The position numbers and the translations under genes were made by a program. Positions 53,350-64,000 of a stretch of 64,000 nt of DNA are shown one piece after another; the stretch's first letter is position 1, and every line of letters begins with the position of its first letter. The notes under the pieces were generated by a model. The model was not told the DNA's origin and searched no databases. It was given only the letters and a program-made list of their open reading frames with translations. Where the stretch lies: the NCBI RefSeq assembly GCF_006345805.1, contig NC_042997.1, forward strand, positions 159,898,001 to 159,962,000, read 5' to 3'. This DNA comes from Octopus sinensis. Its lineage: Eukaryota.

Positions 53350-55200
53350 TGTGTGTGTTTACCTACATATAAGAGACCAAAGTGTACGTACACTGCCATA
53401 TGTATATAAAAAGGAATACAAAAGATGAGGCAGGCACGCAAAACATCCCGACAGATGATAAAAAAAGGGGAAGAGGATAAAAAAGGAAGTTTTCTTTCCT
53501 CATTCGAGTTCCAGATTATCTTTGCAATTTCGGATAGTTATACTCGAGATTACTCCAATCTATCCAGCCACAAGAAAAAACTAATGTAACAGCACTAGAT
53601 TCCTTGGAAGAAAGCAGTGAATGTATATCGATAGATAGATATATAGTATTGGTAGAATATTAAAAAAAATATGAGTGAGAATAGGGATTTAGATGTTGCA
53701 TAGATACATTTCAGGTAGGCTTAGAATATTATCCCTCACAGCTGGCTCTTGGAATGTCATAGGTCACTTGAATAAACAACTTTTTGGAAAAAGCAATGCG
53801 AGTATGGGAGGTAGAACTGACATATCCAAATGAATCGCAAAGAAACGTGAAAATGTGCAGGGTCATTTTACATGGAGACTCATTCTCTCCTTTACACTTC
53901 CTCATTATGTAAATTCCACTGAAAGTATACTCAGAAAATTCAGTCCCGCTTGCGAAAACTAAGATAAAAATAAACCACTTTAAATGGATGATCTCTAGCT
54001 ATATACAGAAAATTAGTAAGATCTGGATTATTTTTACCCAAACAGTAATTCTCTACAGTAAATATAATGGAATGCAGTTTGCTATAGATAAATGCTTTGT
54101 GCTAATTGCTACCAGGAAAGTTCATTACAACACTGTGGAATAATGAGAGACATAATTAACTAAGAATACTGTAAGACGATTGGGTGATGGAAGGATAAAT
54201 AAGAAAGTCCCGAAAGAGTAAAAGATGAGAATTAGGAAAAAAGTACCCATGTAATTTCAAATTTCTTGAAGCATATGTCATTGAGGAATACGAATCTTTA
54301 ATTACATCACTCTAATGGAGCACTATCTGCAGATAATATGAACGTCAACTGTGTTATTTTCAATGGTAAATCACTTTCACCTCTAAATTTGTGCAAGAAT
54401 TTGCTATTGATCACATCCATTATGCCCAGGTTGAACGACCTGGGGAGACGTGTGGCAACTATTGTTACAAAAAAAGTGAGATTAGTTGAAAAAAGAAGCA
54501 TGAGTAGTCGGCTTATAGGTGGGAGATGAAACCACTCCATGACAAATATGTGACACATAGCAAAGAAGCAGCTATTGACCAGAAGCTACCCATTAGTGGC
54601 TACGAAGCTCAGGGCTGAAAGCAGAGAGCAAGGCTTACTCTCAGCTACTCAAGATCAAAGCATATTGGCCCGGTACTACAGACCCAATGCGATGTAAAAT
54701 GGAGTAGATCCAAAATGTTGATTCTGCAATGATGTGATTGAAACAGTTGACCACCTAAGCTCTGTATGTAGTCTCAGCACCAATAGAGTATAAATCAGGA
54801 CATAACAGAATTGGTCAATATCTACATTGGTTGATATGTCGGCATAATAAAATCAAAACTGCTGACAAGTGGTATAAGCCCCACCCTGAAATTGTTACTA
54901 AGGTAAAAAAAAAATGTAACGATACTTGCGGACTTTCCATTATATACAGACCAAATCATCATAGCTAATAAAGCGGATATTGTAGAAGACAAAAACAATT
55001 ATGTCTGTTTATTGATCGACATGAGTATTCCCTGTGATAATATCTCGGAAAAAGAATACGCAAAGCTCAGAAAATGTAAAGGTTTGCTCATTGAAATTGA
55101 AAATATAGTATTTCAAGGCGGTTACCTTCGAACGACTTTTCCAAGCATTTTGGCATTGAAACCTTGTTGCCACACTGCTTTTAATAAGAAGCACGTATTA
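51870..55200 (+). mobile_element. Heavily degenerate R4/Dong-like LINE (family F-like) with insertions
   Basis: Remnant motifs: PNWK.PGTDG..FWLK (~52280), GD.FSPL (~53870), MDDL (~53985), C..C..ETVDHL (~54720), HNRIGQYLHW and LIDMSIPCD (~55010). Confidence 0.7.
52670..53630. repeat. ~200-bp direct repeat pair (52670-52870 and 53440-53630), family unassigned
   Basis: Shared gagttccagattatctttgcaatttcgg...gcactagatt.cttggaagaaagcag. Confidence 0.7.
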
Positions 55201-55752
55201 TTTTAGAGAGAGAGAGAGAGAGAAGTTGGTCATATAAACGTTATGTAATAATATGATATTAGAAATAAATATAAATTGCGTTCCATCCGTAGATTATTCT
55301 TCCTTTTATTAAATTTTGTTTAAAAATAAGTTATTTCGGGGAGCCCTAGCATTTTTCCAAATCGCCATACTGGGAGAGATATTGCTTTAAACCAGTGATC
55401 CGCACAATACAAACCGAAAGGTAGCCCTTATGTGGTTGGTAGACATCTTAGAAATAACAACTAAATCGCTTTCAATCAAGCATCCTGCTGTTTAGGAAAA
55501 ATGACGAAAGTTAGGCAGATATACATTACAGATTTAAGATAAGATGACACGACTACCTATTAATGATTTTAAGAATAATTATTTCAGGACATGTGTAATG
55601 TGATCCAAAAATGAACCTTTACGTCGTTGCTTGACCGATAAGAAATGGCAGCAGTCCGATAACATCTTCAATAAGAAAAAGACACACATGTAAGACGCTT
55701 TTCCTACAAGTGTGTTTATCAAGGGTTGATAAACACACTTTATCAATCTTAC

Positions 55753-55965
55753 CACATTCGGAATATGTCATACAAAGAGAGAAGCACTCAATTAGTGATC
55801 GAATGTTTGACATCTTAATCAACTTGTCAGCTTCTGGAATGGCAGTTACAGGTGGTGGAACATGAATTCCATAATATTCTGTGCAGGCTACATTACTGCC
55901 CACGCATACTAATAGCACTGAGAATGTAATTACGTGAAGATTTTCTCTTCGAATATCGTGACTCA
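55753..55965 (-). CDS. Candidate host exon: signal peptide + start of a PAN/Apple-like Cys motif
   Basis: Acceptor ctaattacttcacag| and donor |gtaaga, 213 bp, phase 1-1. Peptide VITFSVLLVCVGSNVAC...IRSLIECFSLCMTYSEC. No supporting second exon was found. Confidence 0.42.
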
Positions 55966-56367
55966 CTGTGAAGTAATTAGCACTTCACACGGTTTACGAG
56001 TAAGGGAATGATTATTACTTCTCGCACAAAATAGATTTCTTGTCTCTTTTATTTCGTATTGAATTATCTTCTCGTTTGTATTTCTCGCTTTTTATTTTTT
56101 ATAATTGAAGTGAAAATGTTTCCACAAACAAATCAAATGGCGTGACACTCTAATTAACTACTACTAAACGCTCTGCAATATATATAAAATACATATATAT
56201 ATATATATAAATATATATATATATAAATATATGTATATATATATATTATATTAAATTAGAGACAAAACCACTATTAGGCAAATCAAACAATGAAAGACTT
56301 AAGCCAATACATAAATTAATTTATATTATTTAAATATGTAACAATTATTAAAAAATATAATTAATAT

Positions 56368-56430
56368 CCACTACGATCGTTTCCTGGCTACTGTCATCAA
56401 ATTTTTGAGTCGCAGTCATTCATCAGGTGG
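56368..56430 (-). ncRNA. Minimal type I hammerhead ribozyme (stem II degenerate)
   Basis: Minus strand reads ccac-CUGAUGA-[stem II]-GAAAC-gauc-GUA-gugg. Stem I is 4 bp and the stem III loop is palindromic. The 10.1-11.1 pair is mismatched. Confidence 0.65.
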
Positions 56431-56633
56431 TTTCAAATTTTTCTTGGCGAGTTTTAATTGAGTAGTTGAATGAATTATCTTATTATGGATAATTCGGTTA
56501 ATCGATACCTGGGTAGCAAATTCACGTCAGAAAAACACGGTTGAAGCTACATGCCTTGGGCGGAGATCACGTGTTATCGTGTGGAAATTTGTGTGTTTCT
56601 TTAATACAAATAAATGAAAGAATGGAGTTGAAC

Positions 56634-56672
56634 GACTGCCCACACGGAGCTATGGGCTCCGTGTGGGCAGTC
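56634..56672. other. Perfect 17-bp GC-rich hairpin
   Basis: gactgcccacacggagc-tatgg-gctccgtgtgggcagtc. Confidence 0.9.
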
Positions 56673-56716
56673 ATCCAAAAGTTTTTGTGCATCTTGATGC
56701 TGTCATAAGTTCCTGT

Positions 56717-56799
56717 TTTTCCTGATGAGAAGGCGACATAATGCACTCTTTATTCCTTCGAAATTAGGAATATGCAGCCGTCGAAACATATGTCGAAAA
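56717..56799 (+). ncRNA. Minimal type I hammerhead ribozyme, Penelope-type
   Basis: uuuuc-CUGAUGA(56722-28)-gaaggc..gccguc-GAAAC(56783-87)-auau-GUC(56792-94)-gaaaa. Stem I is 5 bp; stem II is extended by tattcct/aggaata and tgca/tgca. Confidence 0.82.
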
Positions 56800-56840
56800 T
56801 AAAGGAATTTTGTTAATTTGTCGTTCAACTCCATTCTTTC

Positions 56841-56900
<60 letters not shown>

Positions 56901-57174
56901 TTGTGTATGTGTGTGTGTGTGAGAGAGGGAGAGAGTGTGTGTGTGTGTGTGTCTATGTGTGTGCGGCCGTGTGTATGTGCGTTCATGTACGAGTGCATAC
57001 GTCTGTATGCCTGCGTAGGCGTGTATACATACCCACAAGTTTGTACCTGCTGTATAGAGCGGTTGCAACAGATGGAATATCTTTCGGTCTTTAAACACAA
57101 TAACATATAAAAGCATACTTATTTATATGCACTTAAATTATATATATATATATATATATCTCATTAACCATTCT

Positions 57175-57522
57175 GGCGCAGGAATGGCTGTGTGGTAAGT
57201 AGCTTGCTTACTAACCATATGATTCCGGGTTCATTCCCACTGCGTGGCACCTTGGCGACCAAAGACTTCTGAGTGAATTTGGTAGACGAAATCTGAAAGA
57301 AGCCCGTCGTATATATGTGTATATATATATGTATATATGTGTATATGTTTGGTGGTGGTGCGTTTGCCCCCCACCCCCACCCCAACATCGCTTGACAACC
57401 GATCAGGGTGTGTTTACGTCCCCGTAACTTACAAAGAATAAGTCCTGGGGTCGATTTGCTCGACTAAAGGCGGTGCTCTAGAATGGCCACAGTCAAATGA
57501 CTGAAATAAGTAAAAGGGTAAG
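57175..57522 (+). mobile_element. Type 1 tRNA-derived SINE
   Basis: Head ggcgcaggaatggctgtgtggtaag..gggttcattcccac; tail ggcggtgctctagaatggccacagtcaaatgactgaaa. Confidence 0.88.
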
Positions 57523-57529
57523 AGTATAT

Positions 57530-57610
<81 letters not shown>

Positions 57611-58386
57611 TATATATATATATATACGGGTGTGCGTGATTGTGTATAGAAGAATATATTAATAAAAGGAATTCCAACCTTGTCTGATTTTCACCTTTTA
57701 TTTACAATCTTATCTTATATTATAATGATATAATATAATATAATATAATATAATAAAATAAAATAAATTAATAGAATGTTAAATGTTCTTTCTGATTGAA
57801 ATAGTACTTTCATGCATTAAATTATGCAATCTTCAGGTTCATGTAGAAGTGGTGACAGTCATGCTTCACAATTTTTGACTGTAGCCAGATGGTTAAATCT
57901 GTGTCTTAAATACACCTGTATAGGCTCCAGATTGCCAGGCTTTGCAAACTGTATTCTGACCAATCAGTGTGTAGCATCACTCAATTACTTAAGCTGATTG
58001 GTTTATGCGTCACGCTTTGTTGAACATGTCAAGAGTCCTGTATCTTAACCCTGGCCGAGGCAGCAATTGTTGGGCTATCTTTAGAAATCTTGAAAATAGC
58101 TTTAATCAGGGATTTTTATATTTCAATTGTCAGTACCTTAATTGTTGTTGCTAGTGGTGATGGTGGTACCAATAGATCTTTTAACCCTAAATAAGATAAT
58201 TTTCCTGCTATCTTCATCTTGATCACCTTTAGTATTGTTGTTGTTGTTAGTGGTCATGGTCGTAGCAGTAGAAGTAGTACCTCTAAGTATTATTATTATT
58301 ATTGTTTATTTAACTTGGGTTCGAATTTATCAATAAAATTCTTTTCTCTGATTTTCCTCTCGATTTCAAGGTTGGAATTCCTTTTA

Positions 58387-58419
<33 letters not shown>

Positions 58420-58422
<3 letters not shown>

Positions 58423-59110
58423 TTTGATTTTTGATTTTTCCAGTTTCAGCTAATGAGCTGTGGCCATGCTGGGGCACCGCCATTTGGTTTGCTACACGGG
58501 TTTACCTCACGGATGCTTTTTAGCAAACGCCATCTGATGCATGAGAGAGCTCGATGCAGCTGCCCTCATCTGCACCTCCTGCCGTGAAGTTGGTTCATCC
58601 GGGACACCTGACAGGAAGAGATCCAGTCCTACTTTAAAGACATCCGCATCTACACCATGCAGGTCCCTCAGGTTCTTCGGGAGGACATTGAAGAGCCGTG
58701 GGCCTCTGAAGCCCAGGCTATCACAATATCTTGTCGTACACCTTGATGGCAAATTTGGAGTCCTTGGTACTACGCAGTGGCGTCCGGTTCTGGCGTTTGT
58801 GTGACTCTCGATGCCAAAGTCTGGGACAAGACCTTCCAGGATCTTCCAGATATATATTATGGCATATCTTTCTCGCCTACGCTCCAGGGAATAGAGCTTT
58901 AATCTCTTGAGTCTCTCCCAGTAGCTCGTATGCTGCACAGAGGCTATCTTCTTTGTGTAGCTTCTTTGGATCGCCTCAAGTTCTGTGATCAACTTGACAC
59001 TGGATGGTGACCATAGCTGAGAGCAATAGTCAAAGTGGCTTAGGACAAGTGTCTTCCAGAGGACCATCATGGTTTCTTGTTCTCTTGTTCTAAAGGTTCT
59101 AAGAATCCAT
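58420..59110 (-). mobile_element. CR1/L2-group LINE 3' fragment
   Basis: ORF 58507..59070 (LVLSHFDYCSQLWSP..LEAIQR..YWERLKRLKLYSLERRRER). The tail is shared with the type 1 SINE. Confidence 0.85.
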
Positions 59111-59904
59111 CCAGCCAGCCGTATATATATATATATATATCAATTAAATGGTGGGGTTGTGTTGACCGCACGTGGAGAAATGATAGGCAACGAAAAATTA
59201 TAAAAAAGCAGAATGCTAAATTGAATGTAAATTTTAATGAAAATGGGTTTATGGATAATTTGAAAAAAAAAATTTTTAAATATATATTGAATCAAATCGG
59301 TTTTCGTCGCAATGCGACTTTTCAAGAATTGTAAGGTGTGAAGAAGTTTTTTTCTTATAATTAAGGAGGGGGAAAAAAGAAAATTACATTGTTTTTTGCA
59401 AAAAAATAATAAACATATACAAAAATTAAAAAATAGGTACACCGTTACATTGTAGTCTTTGTGTATCTGGAGTTCAATGATAGTTCTTGGAAAAATTACC
59501 TTGGAGGATTAAGATCCATATGATTAAATCCGTGTGGTGTTTAATTTAGGATGTTTCTTAAATGCATGTCAAAGCAGGAAATGGGGTAGGAGTTATCCAG
59601 TTCCTGTGAGTAAGGGGAGACAACTCTGTAGATTTTTATGCTCTTCAATTGGGATTATCAATTTTTTATAAGATAGGATGTTAAAAGACCTTAAATTATA
59701 AAATTATCATTTTTTATATAATTGTTTTTATATAATTATCTTTAATATAATAAAATATAATAATCTTTATATAATTATCTTTTTTTATATAATTGTTTGC
59801 TAACTTAACATTCAGATTTTAACACTTTATTTATATTGTTTTCTAATTATATAAATTTACATAAATTAATTTATAATTTCATTTCAGATTCTTATGTCAT
59901 ATAC

Positions 59905-59966
<62 letters not shown>

Positions 59967-59989
59967 TGATGATGATGATAAATAAAGTA

Positions 59990-62030
59990 TATAAGTTTTA
60001 GCTTGAAGTTATAACTGCATGATATCCTTATATATTTCCATTAGTCCATCCGTGAAGAATGAGGTAGAAAAAGGAAGTATGATTATCATGGAGTTTGCAT
60101 ATTAAGATGCGTTTTGAATTTATCAATAAAAAGATTCTCCTTGTTAATTCTTTCTTGTGTAGTGATTCCGTCTTTACATTGGTAGAAGGGTAATATGTAA
60201 AATTTGGGATTTTTGTCTTTAGCGCACGAGTCTAAGTGGCTACTTAGTGGAATTTTATGGTATTCTGGGAGAGATATTTGTTTTTATGGACCGCTACTCT
60301 TTTACGTAAACGGAGGCTCGTTTGTCCAACATAATTATTTTGGCAACCGGCGCATGTGAGAACGTAGATGAGGTTCTCGGAGGAACAGGAGAAGTTGGTC
60401 TTGATTTTAAACTTTGTTCCTTGTTTGAAGAAAAATTCAGAGCCTTCAAGTAGGAAGGGACTGGTGCCACAGTTTGGGCGTGCACATTTTTTAACTGATG
60501 GGGGTGGATGTGGTGTGTGAAGTTTGGCATTTGTCAAGAGCTTTTTCAAAGATTTATGTTGCCATTTACATTTGAGGATTTTGTGTGTATTTATAATGTT
60601 TTTCAATTTTGGGTCTGTAGACAGTAGAGTAAGGTTTTGAATGATTATGGTTTAAGCTTCGATATTTCTGGGGTTGTGGGTGGAAATGTATGGAAGTATT
60701 TTGAGGTTGTGTGTGTTGTTAGATTGGGTGGTTTTCAGTTGTCTAGTTCTTTGGCACGTTTTATTCCATACTCTATAAGGGTGGAGGGATATTGGCGTTG
60801 TAATATAGTTTTATTTTTGAGGTCTTGAAGGCGTATTTCTCCAGTTTTTGGATCCGAGACAATGGTGCATACCATTTTAGCTAAGTTGAAAAGGATATTT
60901 ATCTTGGTGTGTTTTGGTTGGCATGAGCTAAAGAGGAGGTATTGTTGTGAGTCTGTAGGTTTGTGGTAGATGTCTGTTATGATTTGGTTCTTAGGTGTTT
61001 TTATAATTAGGAGATCAAGGAAAGGGAAATGTTGTTTGCTGAATTCCATACTGAATTGGATGTTGGGATGTATGTTGTTCAGTATGGTTTTGAATTCCAG
61101 AAGCTTTTCATAAGATTCTTTCCATATGATGAAACAATCATCCAAATACCTTTTCCAGTTTTTCATTAGGTAGATGTGGAAAACGTGTCCAAATTTCTGG
61201 CGTGATATCTCATAGAGTGATAGTTCGAAGAAGCTTATTATGAGGTTCACAAGGACTGGTGCAGCATTGATACCTTTTGCAATACCACATTTTTGACGGT
61301 AGTGTGTGTTATCGAAGAGGAAATAATTGTTTGTCAGAATGAACATGGGTGATTCCGTAAAGAAGGTCATATGAATGCGGGCAGGGGATGCCTCTGTGTG
61401 TTTTTCTAGCCAGAAATCAATTTCCTCAATACCATATTCATGTGGGATGTTAGTGTAGAGGTTGATGACATCAAAGGACACCAGAAGCGCCTCCTCGCTA
61501 ACTGTTTTCGGGAGGTGTTTGAGCATGTTCAGATCATCCCTAATGAAACTTTTGATGTGAGTAAGGAAAGGTTTCAAAAGGATGTCTAGGAAATTACTCA
61601 AGCGGTGTGTTTCACAGGAGGTGCCAGCCACGATAGGCCTTAGTTTTAGGTCCTCCGGTGCCTTGATGTTGATGTGGGTGTCAGAGGAGAATTTGAAGGA
61701 TTCGGTGAGGTATTTGTTTTTATGGACTTTAGGAAGGCCATAAAAAAGCCTAGGCTTGCATTTGAAATTGGTGATATAATCCCTTTCTTTTTCTGTGAGT
61801 CCTTGGCCGTGTTGGAGTATGGGGGTGGTGAGGTTTTTGATTATTTTTTGTTATTTATAGTTGTTACTAACCTCATAGAAAGTATTGTTGTTTAGCATGG
61901 AAAGCACTAGGTGTTTATAAAACTCCGTGTCCATAAGGACCACAGAGCTCCCTTATATATATTAAAAAAAAAATTTTTTTAATTTTCCATACACCCATTT
62001 TCTTTAAAATTTACCTTCATTTACTTTTTT
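59990..62030 (-). mobile_element. Penelope-like element (RT + GIY-YIG), 5'-truncated, frameshifted
   Basis: ORF 60735..61631 has SFDVINLYTNIP and RYLDDCF. ORF 60244..60606 has C..C..NLIYVLTC..C..YVGQT..LRKR..H. (TA)n lies at the upstream junction. Confidence 0.88.
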
Positions 62031-62044
62031 ATAATTTTTCGTTG

Positions 62045-62099
<55 letters not shown>

Positions 62100-62809
62100 T
62101 GTTAATTCGAGGAAGTTAGATCCACATTAAGCATTATATATCCCAAAATATTCTACTGGTTAATCACTATCACATAAGGAGAAAGTCTCTTCCATATGTT
62201 AGGGGTTTTTGCAGTAATAATTATCATTATCATTGAAAAAAAGAAGAAACTGGAGAAAGATGGGGGAATGAATAATTTAGTTATATGATATGAAGATGTT
62301 GAAATTTTTAAAAACATAACAATACAAATAAATTATAAGTTGTAAAGCTCAGAAGGAAAATGAGAGGTGTGAAAAATCTACATATATGTTTCAGTTTAAC
62401 CTCTAGTTGATATGCAATTATAAGTATTTTGGTTATAAGCTCAGAAAGGTATCATATCTAACTATATTTGATAGAATTTCTTCAGGGTTCATATGAGCTT
62501 AAAGAATTAAGGTTAACATTTTTCTTTGAAGGATGTATAGAGAATATTAATGAGTTTAAGAAGTTAGATCCTATATATAATCTACGTGTATCTAGTTGGT
62601 GAGTATTAGATATTAGTGAAGATGCCATTTAGTACAAATTAATGTAAATAAAAAATAAAAATAGAGAACAAAAAATAAAAATAACCTAAAATTATAAGGG
62701 TAAAGAAAGATAAGAATGAGAAAAATAAAATCAATGATAAATAGAAATTTTTAAAAAATATATGTAAAATATAAATAAAAAGAAAATATAGATAGGAGAA
62801 AATGTAAAA

Positions 62810-62915
62810 AATAATATATTTAGTATAAAATTTAAATACGAAGAAAAAATATATATAGTATAAAATCTAAATAAGAAGAATTATTATATAGTATAAAATC
62901 TAAATAAAAAGAAAA
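62810..62915. repeat. Short AT-rich minisatellite, three copies of a tagtataaaatctaaata-like unit
   Basis: Direct reading. Confidence 0.6.
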
Positions 62916-63439
62916 GTAATAATACTTAAGTATGCAAGGGAACAAATTATCTTATAAAAGAAATGAAGGATAGGTTAGATGAAAAAATATTATTTGTCGG
63001 TTGTATATAAAAATAAATTATTTCTATTGGTTTGGTAATAGATACAGTTCAGGAAAGCTATACATGAGTAACGATCTCATTAATGGTGGTGGTTGTGGTA
63101 GGAGGGGGAAAACACAGGCACACAAAAACATACGTACCTACAAACATAGATATGTGTGTGTATGTATGCATACATATATGTATATAAGTGTGTGTGTATG
63201 TATACATACACATATGATGAAATGTATACAAATATATTCGTACATAAACACATGCATATATCAACACAATTTATATAGTTATAATTACATATATAGAACC
63301 TGTGTCAAAGATATTTTTAATAAATACTATTAGAAAATATAAGTCAATAAGGTTAGGTTTTGGGGAGTTTAATGTTTAGAAGTTTCCGATATGTTAGGAA
63401 AGGAAAAATTGAACAGGGGGTAAGGAAAACAAAACTATC

Positions 63440-64000
63440 ACTTTTTTTCTCTCTAGTTTTAGCTCGGATCTGCGGCCATGCTGATGCACCGCCGTTTTGC
63501 TACACTATTATTACTAAGAACCTCCTGTACTATGTGGCACTTGCTGAAGATGGAGTTTGATATAGCTACCCTCATTTGTACCTCTTGGCGTGAGGTAGGT
63601 TTATCTGGGACTCTCGACAGGAAGAGGTCCAGCTTTGATTTAAAAGCCCCTACATCTACTTTGTGCAAGTTCCTCAAACTTTTTGGGAGAATATTAAAAA
63701 GCTGTGGGCCCTTGAAACCAAGGCTGTTGCAGTAACTGGTCCTGAAGCGTGATGGCATTGCTGGGATCTTTGGCACTATGCAGTGTCGTCCCGTTCTGGC
63801 ATTGGTGTAGCTTTCAATGTCAACATTTGGCACAATTCCTTCCAGGATCTTCTAGATATATATTACTTCCTGGGAATAGAATCTTAGCTGTTTCAACCTT
63901 TCCCAGTGGCCGAGCTGTTACAAAGAGACGATCTTCTTTGTGAATCTTCTCTGGATTGCTTCAAGGTCCGCTGTTAATTTCTCACTGGTGGGTGACCATA
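63440..64000 (-). mobile_element. CR1/L2-group LINE 3' fragment (second copy, runs off window)
   Basis: ORF 63459..63833 (NARTGRHCIVP..GFKGPQLFNILP) is homologous to 58507..59070 and has the same tail. Confidence 0.85.

Noticed and set aside
59400-59700. Second GIY-YIG C-terminal remnant
   Set aside because: The motif similarity (PYGLN-like) needs a frameshift and is too weak to call.
60030-60060. Hammerhead in the 3' terminus of the Penelope-like element
   Set aside because: Only a degenerate gaaatatat-like remnant is visible; there is no intact core.
62100-62700. Degenerate LINE 3' fragment on the plus strand
   Set aside because: Only vague motif resemblance in very AT-rich sequence.

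Overview
Eukaryotic, AT-rich, repeat-dense window with no prokaryotic features. The tRNA-derived SINEs resemble, from memory and unverified, Octopus/cephalopod SINEs. Bases 1-55200 are a nest of about six families (my labels A-F) of R4/Dong-like non-LTR retrotransposons. These carry an RT followed by a CCHC knuckle, RHD and a PD..D restriction-like endonuclease (REL). Almost all sit in (AAT)n microsatellites with their sense strand on the AAT strand. Higher-order structure: (i) a giant inverted duplication (1-17221 vs 33013-48083, running off the left edge) with arm-specific indels and patches of apparent identity; (ii) a four-unit tandem array of one dead LINE plus spacer (20470-28845); (iii) a 1.33-kb tandem duplication of an REL-only ORF; (iv) a recurrent ~550-bp non-coding element; (v) a fold-back MITE. 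Right of 55 kb there is a candidate host exon, two back-to-back minimal type I hammerhead ribozymes, a Penelope-like element (RT + GIY-YIG) and CR1/L2-like 3' fragments that share a tail with a SINE. Most ORF-track entries are microsatellite or antisense artefacts. All alignments were done by eye.
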